IMG/VR virus record: IMGVR_UViG_3300020043_001641
Coordinates: 1-29,701 of that record
From: a virus
Taxonomy: Duplodnaviria; Caudoviricetes
Direction: 5' to 3' (one strand)
DNA: 29,701 nt
Shown here: positions 1 through 6,847 of the stretch, piece by piece
How positions within the stretch are numbered: position 1 is the first letter of the stretch
Layout of the letters: every line of letters starts with the position of its first letter
Position numbers and translations under genes: made by a program
The notes under the pieces: generated by a model
Told to the model about the DNA's origin: nothing
Seen by the model: only the letters and a program-made list of their open reading frames with translations
Databases searched by the model: none

Positions 1-2
1 AC

Positions 3-119
3 CTTGAAACGTCAAAAAGATTTGCTATAAAATGCTGTCAATTAATAAGAAGTGAAAGCGAAAATGTTTATCAAATACGATATTTTGATGAAGTAATTAA
101 TCAAATCGAAAAACTATGA
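3..119 (+). CDS. 3' end of a small phage hypothetical protein (partial, runs off the window)
   Basis: Open frame LETSKRFAIKCCQLIRSESENVYQIRYFDEVINQIEKL*; its TGA overlaps the ATG at 116 (ATGA coupling). Confidence 0.55.
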   Translation, partial: LETSKRFAIKCCQLIRSESENVYQIRYFDEVINQIEKL

Positions 120-781
120 AAATAAGATGCTCACAATTAGGGAAAATTATGACAAGCTCTCGGAGTAAATCGGAGGTGTTAAGTCAAACAACGAAATCGT
201 ATATTCAAGAACTAGCTTTAGAACATTTGTACGGTATTAAAAAGGATTTTAATTCTAGGTACACGGATAAGGGGAATGAAGTTGAACAAGCTTCAATTGA
301 ATTAACGGAGCGAGTTCTTGAGTTGGGTTTCGTAACAAAAAACGAAGACTATTTTGAAAACGATTACATTAAAGGAACACCAGACATTATAACAGATAAA
401 ATGGTAATCGATGTTAAAAGTTCTTGGAATGCTTTGACGTTCCCGTGGTTCGAAGACGAACTTCCAAATAAAGACTATTATTACCAAGTCCAAGGTTACC
501 TTTGGCTTACTGGGAAACCTTTTGGAATGGTTGCTTATTGTTTAGTTAATACACCTTCAAATATTGTAGACGATGAAATCAGAAGAACGGCGTGGTCAAA
601 GTACGAAATCGAACCTAGTGACGAAACTATTCGAGACGTTATGGCTGCTCACAATTTCGATAATATACAAGAAGACCGAAGAGTAAAGGCTTATTTATTC
701 AACTACGATGAACACGTTATCGAGCAGATAAAAACACGAATAGAAGAATGTCGTAAATATTTTAATACCTTAATAAAATGA
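116..781 (+). CDS. YqaJ/lambda-exonuclease-like PD-(D/E)xK nuclease (copy A)
   Basis: KGNEVE...GTPD...IDVKSS...YYYQVQGY motifs; the minus-strand copy lies close to an ERF annealase. Confidence 0.8.
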   Translation: MKIRCSQLGKIMTSSRSKSEVLSQTTKSYIQELALEHLYGIKKDFNSRYTDKGNEVEQASIELTERVLELGFVTKNEDYFENDYIKGTPDIITDKMVIDVKSSWNALTFPWFEDELPNKDYYYQVQGYLWLTGKPFGMVAYCLVNTPSNIVDDEIRRTAWSKYEIEPSDETIRDVMAAHNFDNIQEDRRVKAYLFNYDEHVIEQIKTRIEECRKYFNTLIK

Positions 782-990
782 ACATAACACACGAAAACGA
801 ACCGATTCAAAACGACGATAGCGTTTTAATGGCGGTAATGGCTAAATACTGGGAGCGTTCCCGAGTAGGCCAAGCGAAATACGGAACTAATTTAGACCGC
901 TTGGACGTTGAATTTAGTCAATGGCTTGAACACCTTCAGGAGGAGTTAATGGATGCAACGCTTTATATTGAAAAACTTAAAAGATACTAA
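778..990 (+). CDS. Small all-alpha NTP pyrophosphohydrolase (MazG-like) family protein (copy A)
   Basis: G..KYG...W..HLQEELMDA..Y motif; protein identical to 7651-7863. Confidence 0.55.
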   Translation: MNITHENEPIQNDDSVLMAVMAKYWERSRVGQAKYGTNLDRLDVEFSQWLEHLQEELMDATLYIEKLKRY

Positions 991-991
991 A

Positions 992-1156
992 ATGAAAACA
1001 CCAGTAATTTTATTAATTATTTTATGGTCAATTGGTCTTTTAATTAGTGCAAAAAAACACGGACAACCTAGAGGTGAGTTTAATCTTTATACTTCAATAT
1101 ATGCGGTTGGAATTGAATTTTTGCTTTTATATTGGGCAGGATTGTTTAACCTTTAA
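992..1156 (+). CDS. Small two-TM membrane protein (copy A)
   Basis: MKTPVILLIILWSIGLLIS...AVGIEFLLLYWAGLFNL; start moved to ATG 992, just after the upstream stop; conserved in copy B. Confidence 0.7.
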   Translation: MKTPVILLIILWSIGLLISAKKHGQPRGEFNLYTSIYAVGIEFLLLYWAGLFNL

Positions 1157-1167
1157 ATTTTAGAAAA

Positions 1168-1377
1168 ATGAAAATAACACTTGAATTTGAATCAATGCAA
1201 GATGCTGAACCGTATTTAAACGGACTTAATTACCACGTTGCTTTGTGGGACTTTAACCAGTGGATGCGTTCGCAATTAAAACACGGAGAACTAACCCAAG
1301 CTAAATGGGAAATTTACCAAGAAATACGAGAAAAATTCTTTAGTATATTAGAAGAAAATAAAGTAAATTTAGATTAA
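1168..1377 (+). CDS. Conserved phage hypothetical protein (copy A)
   Basis: 69 aa; differs from 7264-7473 at two residues. Confidence 0.8.
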   Translation: MKITLEFESMQDAEPYLNGLNYHVALWDFNQWMRSQLKHGELTQAKWEIYQEIREKFFSILEENKVNLD

Positions 1378-1389
1378 AATTAAAAAGTT

Positions 1390-1599
1390 ATGACTTACGA
1401 CAACACAAACACGGGTGCAATATTTAAAAACGACAAAAAAGCGGATAACCACCCTGATTATAAAGGTAAAATAAACGTAAAAGGCGAAGACTTCGATATA
1501 GCCTTATGGGTTAAAGACGGTAAAAATGGCAAATTCTTTAGTGCCAAGATTAGCGAACCTTTCAAGAAAGAAGAAAGCGTGTTCGACGTACCCTTCTGA
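1390..1599 (+). CDS. Small SSB-like / DUF736-like OB-fold protein (copy A)
   Basis: GAIFKN..K....PDYKG.I......IALW....G.FFS motif and an SSB-type acidic tip (FDVPF). Confidence 0.65.
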   Translation: MTYDNTNTGAIFKNDKKADNHPDYKGKINVKGEDFDIALWVKDGKNGKFFSAKISEPFKKEESVFDVPF

Positions 1600-1771
1600 G
1601 CGTCCGTTTAGGGTTTACACTTGGATTGAAAACAAAGTCGATTACTTTATTGTCCAAGCTTACTCGAAAGAAGACGCTGTTAAACGGTTAGACATTCACC
1701 CTAAATTAGTCTTTGAAGTGTGGACGATGGAGGAATGGCGAAAATATTGCGATAGAAAAAAAACACTTTGA
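1526..1771 (+). CDS. Hypothetical protein (start uncertain)
   Basis: C-terminal part (IVQAYSKEDAVKRLDIHPKL) is homologous to the unannotated ORF 6848-7027 (IVQAHSNEDAVKKADIHPKL). Confidence 0.6.
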   Translation: MANSLVPRLANLSRKKKACSTYPSERPFRVYTWIENKVDYFIVQAYSKEDAVKRLDIHPKLVFEVWTMEEWRKYCDRKKTL

Positions 1772-1793
1772 TAAATTTTACTATTATTTAGTA

Positions 1794-1887
1794 GGTTAGA
1801 GTCTCAAAAATAGTTAACCGAACGGTATTATTGCCCGATTATTTGAAAGCGACGTGAGACTCCGCAAGTAAAATGGTCGGGCTTTTT
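1794..1887 (+). ncRNA. Cis-regulatory two-hairpin kissing-loop/terminator RNA (copy A)
   Basis: P1 is GGTTA(1794-98)/TAACC(1815-19) with loop GAGTCTCA. P2 is GCCCGATTATTT(1833-44)/AAATGGTCGGGC(1871-82) followed by TTTTT, and its apical loop has TGAGACTC(1855-62). Same architecture as 6727-6820. Confidence 0.75.
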
Positions 1888-1906
1888 ATTGCTTAAAATT
1901 TAGAAA

Positions 1907-2302
1907 ATGGCAACAGACAAAAACGGAGTAGTAATTTATGCGGATTGGATTACTACATTTGAAAAATTAACAGACGAGGAAGCTGGTAAATTAGTTAAAC
2001 ATTTGTTTCGATACGTCAACGATTTAGAACCGAACTCGGATAGGATTACAGAATTACTTTTTGAGCCTTTCAAACAGACTTTAAAGCGTGATTTATGTAA
2101 ATGGGAAAAGACTAAGTTAGCCCGTTCTGAAGCTGGTAAAAAAGGCGGTATTAAAAGCGGTGAAACAAGACGAAGCAAAACGAAGCAAAATGAAGCAAAC
2201 GAAGCTGTAAGTGTTAGTGTAAGTGATAGTGTAATAAATATAGAAGAACAACCACTTAGACAACCTAAAATCGATATTAACGGATTTGTAATTTTAGACT
2301 AA
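1907..2302 (+). CDS. Putative replication initiator, DUF6291-like N-terminal domain
   Basis: Y.DW...FEKLTDEEAGKL.K.LF.Y pattern, ARSEAGKKGG motif, internal iterons, TAATG coupling to the helicase. Confidence 0.7.
   Translation: MATDKNGVVIYADWITTFEKLTDEEAGKLVKHLFRYVNDLEPNSDRITELLFEPFKQTLKRDLCKWEKTKLARSEAGKKGGIKSGETRRSKTKQNEANEAVSVSVSDSVINIEEQPLRQPKIDINGFVILD
2170..2205 (+). repeat. Iteron-like tandem repeats (candidate origin A)
   Basis: ACGAAGCAAA ACGAAGCAAA ATGAAGCAA ACGAAGC; period ~10 bp, not a codon multiple. Confidence 0.65.
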
Positions 2303-3207
2303 TGTTAATTAACCACAGAAACAACGATGACTTCTTAGAGTTGCTTAGACGGAACGAAGTTCCTATTGGTAAAGGTATAGGTACAGACTTAGATACTTAC
2401 CTAAGATTTAAGGAAGCGTCTTTCAACATCGTTCTTGGACACGCTAATACTGGTAAAACTTATTTCGTTTTGTACTATCTTCTTTGTTTGAGTGTGAAAC
2501 ACTCTCTTAAACACCTAATTTATAGTGCTGAAAACACGGTTACAGGAATGAAACGTAACTTAATAGAGTTGTATTTAGGTAAAAAAATAACCGAAATGGA
2601 TAAGCAAGAACTTGAGACGGCTAAACTCTTCATCGAATTACACTTTGACTTTATAGACACCTCTGAAGCATTGTCAATTGAAAAGTTTATGCAAGAAGTT
2701 CAAAAGTTAGGTAACTATGATGTGTTAATGATTGACCCACACAACTCATTTGTAAGACCTCAAGGCTTTAACGCTCACGATTACGACTATACAATCGCAA
2801 CTAAACTAAGGTTATTTGCCAAAAAGACGAATACAACAATTTATTTATGCGTTCACGCAGCAACTGAGGCACTAAGAAAGACTCACAAAGAAGGCGACTT
2901 TGAAGGACATCCAATGCCTCCAAATATGGCAGACGCTGAAGGCGGCGGTAAGTGGGGAAATAGAGCGGATGATTTTATAGTAATTCATCGTTACGTTGCA
3001 GACCCGTTAAACTGGATGTATACACACGTTCACGTTAAGAAAGTAAAAGAAACTGAGACGGGTGGTAAGCCGACACCGTTAAACGATGCGGTACGTTTTA
3101 AGTACGAATACGGAACGGGGTTCACTTGCGCTGGTGTTAATCCACTCGAACGAAAAGACGAAATATTTGATTTAAAAAGAAATACTAATTTTGATTTGCC
3201 CTTTTAA
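2302..3207 (+). CDS. DnaB/RecA-fold replicative helicase (copy A)
   Basis: Walker A GHANTGKT, YSAEN, Walker B VLMIDP, EGGG...NRADD; follows the initiator. Confidence 0.8.
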   Translation: MLINHRNNDDFLELLRRNEVPIGKGIGTDLDTYLRFKEASFNIVLGHANTGKTYFVLYYLLCLSVKHSLKHLIYSAENTVTGMKRNLIELYLGKKITEMDKQELETAKLFIELHFDFIDTSEALSIEKFMQEVQKLGNYDVLMIDPHNSFVRPQGFNAHDYDYTIATKLRLFAKKTNTTIYLCVHAATEALRKTHKEGDFEGHPMPPNMADAEGGGKWGNRADDFIVIHRYVADPLNWMYTHVHVKKVKETETGGKPTPLNDAVRFKYEYGTGFTCAGVNPLERKDEIFDLKRNTNFDLPF

Positions 3208-3209
3208 CT

Positions 3210-4001
3210 ATGAAAATAGCTTGGTTTTCTTGCGGTGTAACTTCCGCAGTAGCTTGTAAATTAGCACTTGAAATATACGGAACTGAAAACGTAGAACTTT
3301 ACTATATTGTAATAGATTCAGCACACGAAGACAATAAACGTTTTATTGAAGATTGTGAAAAATGGTACGGTAAAAAAATAAACAAAGTTCAATCGGAAAA
3401 ATACAAAGACCAGTTTGACGTAATAGAAAAGATTAAATACATTAACGGAGTTAACGGTGCGCCGTGTACATTACATTTGAAAAAGAATGTAAGGTATAGA
3501 ATAGAAAAAGAAATTGATTTTGACGGTCAAATTTTTGGCTTCGAGTTTGAAAAGAAAGAAATTAATAGAGCAATAAGATTTAGTCAACAATATCCACAAG
3601 CCAAACCGAATTACCCTTTAATAGATAGAAAGATTACAAAAAGTCAATGTGCTGAAATTTTACTAAAAAACGGAATTAAATTACCTAAAATGTACGAATT
3701 AGGATTTCATAACAATAACTGCATCGGTTGTGTAAAAGGTGGGAAGGGTTACTGGAACCACGTAAGAAAACATTTTCCAAACGAATTTAATAAGATGTCA
3801 GAACTTGAAAAGCAAATTGGTGCAACTTGTATAAAAAATAAATACCTTAAAGACTTGAAACCGAATGAAGGAAAACACGAACCTCCAATAGTTCCAGACT
3901 GCGGTACATTTTGCGAGATAGAGTTTGCAGATATTTTAGACCCAAACACGGAAAAAGTTCTTGCTGGTTACACTACAATTAAACAACTTAAACTATTTTA
4001 A
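3210..4001 (+). CDS. PAPS-reductase-like (PP-loop, probable Fe-S) protein
   Basis: N-terminal AWFSCGVTS PP-loop, CTLHLKK, YPLI, NNCIGCVKGG and CGTFC cysteine motifs. Confidence 0.75.
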   Translation: MKIAWFSCGVTSAVACKLALEIYGTENVELYYIVIDSAHEDNKRFIEDCEKWYGKKINKVQSEKYKDQFDVIEKIKYINGVNGAPCTLHLKKNVRYRIEKEIDFDGQIFGFEFEKKEINRAIRFSQQYPQAKPNYPLIDRKITKSQCAEILLKNGIKLPKMYELGFHNNNCIGCVKGGKGYWNHVRKHFPNEFNKMSELEKQIGATCIKNKYLKDLKPNEGKHEPPIVPDCGTFCEIEFADILDPNTEKVLAGYTTIKQLKLF

Positions 4002-4250
4002 ATGGATAAAGAAATATCAATACAGCTTGCTTACATAAATATCAATTCAATTTGGAATAAATTCGAGTTTCGAAAGCGCCTCGAACCAAAACGAGCGGAA
4101 GGCATCGCGCAACAACAAGACGAACTCGAGCAGATTAAAGCTGTTTTAAACACCATAGTAAAGGAAAACAGAGCGTTAAGCAACAAGTTATTGTCAATGC
4201 AAATTGAACTACTTGAAACACAGAAAAAAATACCGTCGATTAAATATTGA
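4002..4250 (+). CDS. Coiled-coil hypothetical protein (copy A; C-terminus probably formed by the junction)
   Basis: Homologous to 4962-5219 (FRKRLEPKRAEGI vs FRKKLEPKKAEGI); last residues IPSIKY are read from the antisense of the other arm. Confidence 0.7.
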   Translation: MDKEISIQLAYININSIWNKFEFRKRLEPKRAEGIAQQQDELEQIKAVLNTIVKENRALSNKLLSMQIELLETQKKIPSIKY

Positions 4251-4306
4251 AGCGGTTCGAATTCGCACCACCACCAAGCGAAAGCTATTAATCCTATTAT
4301 AATCAT
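4222..4306 (-). pseudogene. N-terminal fragment of a small membrane protein, cut at the junction
   Basis: MIIIGLIAFAWWWCEFEPLQYLIDGIF looks like a real gene start (ATGA-coupled to 4303-4431); beyond ~4222 the frame is only the antisense of 4002-4250. Confidence 0.55.
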
Positions 4307-4431
4307 TCTTCAGGGTTTAACTTTACAAACGATTCATAGCTAAATTCCTTTAAAAATTGGTTAGGCGTTCGTCTTTTCATAGCGTATTGACGAAAATTAA
4401 CCCGTAAAAGTTTTGTAAGTATTCTGTTCAT
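4303..4431 (-). CDS. 42-aa hypothetical protein
   Basis: Hand translation MNRILTKLLRVNFRQYAMKRRTPNQFLKEFSYESFVKLNPEE*; fills the gap after ninG and is coupled to the next ATG. Confidence 0.5.
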   Translation of the reverse strand: MNRILTKLLRVNFRQYAMKRRTPNQFLKEFSYESFVKLNPEE

Positions 4432-4435
4432 TGGT

Positions 4436-4972
4436 TCAAATATACAACTTTTTTAATTCTTTTAACTTTTGCTTATAAATCTCGTTGATTTCTCGCAGTT
4501 CTTCAATAGTAAATTTCTTTTCAATATGCGCTTGTTCGTGTAATTCGAGTAATCTTTGTCCTCCAATTCGTTTTTCTATACCGATCTGGTAATTTAAAAG
4601 GTTGCCACTTAAAAATTGGTTACATCGTTCGCATTGTAAATGAACGTTATCCTCATTAAATCTAACGTTTGCGTGTCCCCCTGCGCTGAAATAATGCCCG
4701 CCGTTTTCCTTTTTAGGCTTTTCACCGCACGAAATACACGGAAGCCCAGCGTCACGAAGACGAATGAACTTATTAAACGTGGTTTGTGCTATTTTCAACC
4801 AATCAGAGGCGGTCATTAAGTCCTTTTTTAACTTCGCTTTTTTCTTGTTCCATTGCTTTACTTCGTGTTCTTTTATCATTGCCTTAACACATAGGTCGTG
4901 AAAACAATTTTTTTGTAGTGAGGTGTATGGTGTGAACTCTGAACGGCAGTATTTGCATTTTTTAGTCTTCAT
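4436..4972 (-). CDS. ninG: NinG/Rap-like recombination endonuclease
   Basis: AQ..FNKFIRLRD...PCISCG...GHYFS.G....RFNEDNVHLQC..CN motif set. Confidence 0.85.
   Translation of the reverse strand: MKTKKCKYCRSEFTPYTSLQKNCFHDLCVKAMIKEHEVKQWNKKKAKLKKDLMTASDWLKIAQTTFNKFIRLRDAGLPCISCGEKPKKENGGHYFSAGGHANVRFNEDNVHLQCERCNQFLSGNLLNYQIGIEKRIGGQRLLELHEQAHIEKKFTIEELREINEIYKQKLKELKKLYI
4437..4444 (-). promoter_or_regulatory. Bacteroidota-type -7 promoter box TATATTTG
   Basis: Matches TAnnTTTG; overlaps the ninG stop and lies 5 nt upstream of ATG 4431. Confidence 0.45.
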
Positions 4973-5219
4973 AAATTCTTAAATCATTTATTCGTTGGTT
5001 AGCTTTCATTAATTCCAAATTTAATTGAAATAGTTTAGTCGTTAAAATCTTGTTTTCGTCTTTCAGTTGTTTAAACACCTCATCAACTAACAAAAGGTCT
5101 TTAATAATTACCTCGATACCCTCCGCTTTTTTAGGTTCGAGTTTCTTGCGGAAAATCATTTTGTTAATCGTTAGCGACAAATTAACGGATGCTAGTGTTT
5201 GTTTAAGTGCTTTGTCCAT
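4962..5219 (-). CDS. Coiled-coil hypothetical protein (copy B)
   Basis: Homologue of 4002-4250. Confidence 0.75.
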   Translation of the reverse strand: MDKALKQTLASVNLSLTINKMIFRKKLEPKKAEGIEVIIKDLLLVDEVFKQLKDENKILTTKLFQLNLELMKANQRINDLRIYED

Positions 5220-5224
5220 AGTTT

Positions 5225-6076
5225 TTATTTTAAAGGGTTAATTCCTGCACAAGTAAAACCCGTGCCGTATTCGTATTTAAATAGCACACCTTGGTTTAAT
5301 GGCGTTGGCTTACCTCCCGTTTCCGTTTCTTTTATTTTCCTAACGTGTACGTGTGTATACATCCAATTTAACGGGTCAGCAACGTAACGATGAATTACTA
5401 GAAAATCGTCCGCACGGTTTCCCCACTTACCACCTCCCTCGGCGTCCGCCATATTTGGAGGCATTGGGTGACCTTCATAGTCTCCGTCTTTGTGTGTTTT
5501 TCTTAAGGCTTCGGTTGCAGCGTGAATACATAAATAAATTGTTGTATTCGTCTTTTTGGCAAACAACCTTAACTTAGTAGCCATTTCATAGTCGTATTCG
5601 TGCGAGTTTGAGTGTTTAGGTCTTAAAAACGAATTGTGAGGGTCAATCATTAAAACATCGTAGTTGCCTAATTCCTGAACGCCTTTCATAAAATCCTCGA
5701 TTGTTAAGGCTTTACTTGAATCAATAAAATCAAAATGTAGTTCAATGAAGTTTTTTGCTGTTTCAAGTTCGTTTTCGGTTAGTTCAATTATTTTTTTACC
5801 TAAATACAATTCAATTAAATTACGCTTCATTCCTACAACCGTGTTTTCAGCTGAATAAATTAGGTGTTTAAGGTCGTGTTTCACACTTAGGCAAAGTAAA
5901 TAATACAAAACAAAGTACGTTTTTCCAACGTTAGCGTGTCCTAAAATAATATTGAAACTAGCTTCTTTAAATCTTAAGTATTCGTCTAATTCTATACCTA
6001 TACCCTTACCAATAGGAACTTTATTTAAACGAAGTAATTCTAAAAATTCGTCGTTATGTCGGTGGTTTATTATCAT
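5225..6076 (-). CDS. DnaB/RecA-fold replicative helicase (copy B)
   Basis: Walker A GHANVGKT; colinear with 2302-3207 but lacks its C-terminal tail. Confidence 0.8.
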   Translation of the reverse strand: MIINHRHNDEFLELLRLNKVPIGKGIGIELDEYLRFKEASFNIILGHANVGKTYFVLYYLLCLSVKHDLKHLIYSAENTVVGMKRNLIELYLGKKIIELTENELETAKNFIELHFDFIDSSKALTIEDFMKGVQELGNYDVLMIDPHNSFLRPKHSNSHEYDYEMATKLRLFAKKTNTTIYLCIHAATEALRKTHKDGDYEGHPMPPNMADAEGGGKWGNRADDFLVIHRYVADPLNWMYTHVHVRKIKETETGGKPTPLNQGVLFKYEYGTGFTCAGINPLK

Positions 6077-6546
6077 TATTCAATTATTACGAATCCGTTA
6101 ATATCTAGTTTTGGTTGTCTAAGTGGTTCTATCGAACCTTTTTGCTTTTCTTTTTCTTCTTTATTATTCTTGTTTGTTGTTAGTTGTTTGTTAGTTGTTT
6201 GTTGATTGCTTGTTACTTGCTTGTTAATTGGTTTTTCTTCACTTTGGTAAGTCTCATATTTACAGATAGTTATAAGTGTAAATTTGTTTGTTGTTTGCGT
6301 GTTAATTTCGTTCGTTTTTTCAAACTTTTTTAATAACGTTCTAATCGTTTGAATTGATATTCCCGTATCACTTGAAATCTTACCATATGAAGTTATAAAC
6401 TGACCTTTGTTAATTGTATTACCTTGCCAAGTTCCTTTGGCGTGGTTAGCTTTTAAAAGTAAATACATAAACAAATGAACCGCTTCGCTTTTGTTAAACC
6501 ACTCCCAGTTTAAAAATTGACGATGTATTTTAACCCAACCGCTCAT
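6076..6546 (-). CDS. Putative replication initiator / replisome organizer (winged-helix type)
   Basis: GWVKIHRQ..W.W......LF.YLLLKANH...KGQFITS...IS..TG.S...IRT.LK.F...NEI pattern; internal iterons; TAATG coupling to the helicase. Confidence 0.75.
   Translation of the reverse strand: MSGWVKIHRQFLNWEWFNKSEAVHLFMYLLLKANHAKGTWQGNTINKGQFITSYGKISSDTGISIQTIRTLLKKFEKTNEINTQTTNKFTLITICKYETYQSEEKPINKQVTSNQQTTNKQLTTNKNNKEEKEKQKGSIEPLRQPKLDINGFVIIE
6178..6230. repeat. Iteron-like 11-bp tandem repeats (candidate origin B)
   Basis: TGTTAGTTGTT TGTTAGTTGTT TGTTGATTGCT TGTTACTTGCT TGTTAATTG; exact 11-bp period. Confidence 0.7.
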
Positions 6547-6709
6547 CTGTTAATTTTATATAGTCAACTAAAGCTTTAATTTCGTATTCATTCATAGTGT
6601 AATATGTTTCACCGTGACCGTTTAAAATTGACACCATTAACTCTTTCTCGTCAGTTCGATAAAATTCAATTTCACCATCTGAATTCATTGATTTAATTAA
6701 AAGTTGCAT
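6530..6709 (-). CDS. 59-aa hypothetical protein overlapping the initiator start
   Basis: Hand translation MQLLIKSMNSDGEIEFYRTDEKELMVSILNGHGETYYTMNEYEIKALVDYIKLTDERLG*. Confidence 0.6.
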   Translation of the reverse strand: MQLLIKSMNSDGEIEFYRTDEKELMVSILNGHGETYYTMNEYEIKALVDYIKLTDERLG

Positions 6710-6726
6710 ATAAATTATTTTAAATT

Positions 6727-6820
6727 AAAAACCCTCTGTAAATCCATAGCTTCCAACTTCTACTTCATTACAAAGGGTCTAAAAATTTTAGTTAGGTCAT
6801 ATAACGTTGGAAGTGACCTA
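6727..6820 (-). ncRNA. Cis-regulatory two-hairpin kissing-loop/terminator RNA (copy B)
   Basis: On the minus strand, P1 is UAGGUCA/UGACCUA with loop CUUCCAAC(6813-6806). P2 is ACCCUUUGUAA/UUACAGAGGGU followed by a U tract, and its apical loop has GUUGGAAG(6757-6750). Confidence 0.75.
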
Positions 6821-6847
6821 TTTAATAATATAAAAAAAACGAAAGTG

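Larger units (their letters stand above)
116..1561 (+). repeat. Left arm of a 1446-bp diverged inverted repeat (partner 7080-8525)
   Basis: Same five genes in the same order as 7080-8525 on the minus strand, with equal span. Proteins are identical or nearly so and DNA differences are mostly synonymous. Confidence 0.95.

Noticed and set aside
1590-1605. Programmed +1 frameshift from the SSB-like gene into the 1526-1771 frame at CCC TTC TGA
   Set aside because: Copy B uses a TTG start in a different relative frame, so the arrangement is not conserved; an upstream ATG exists.
4031-4221. C-terminal part of the 91-aa minus-strand ORF
   Set aside because: Ser/Cys-rich antisense shadow of gene 4002-4250 beyond the junction.
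4294-4302. Plus-strand CTATTATAA resembling the late promoter
   Set aside because: No AACA at the right spacing and no ATG 3 nt downstream; it is the antisense of the MIIIG codons.
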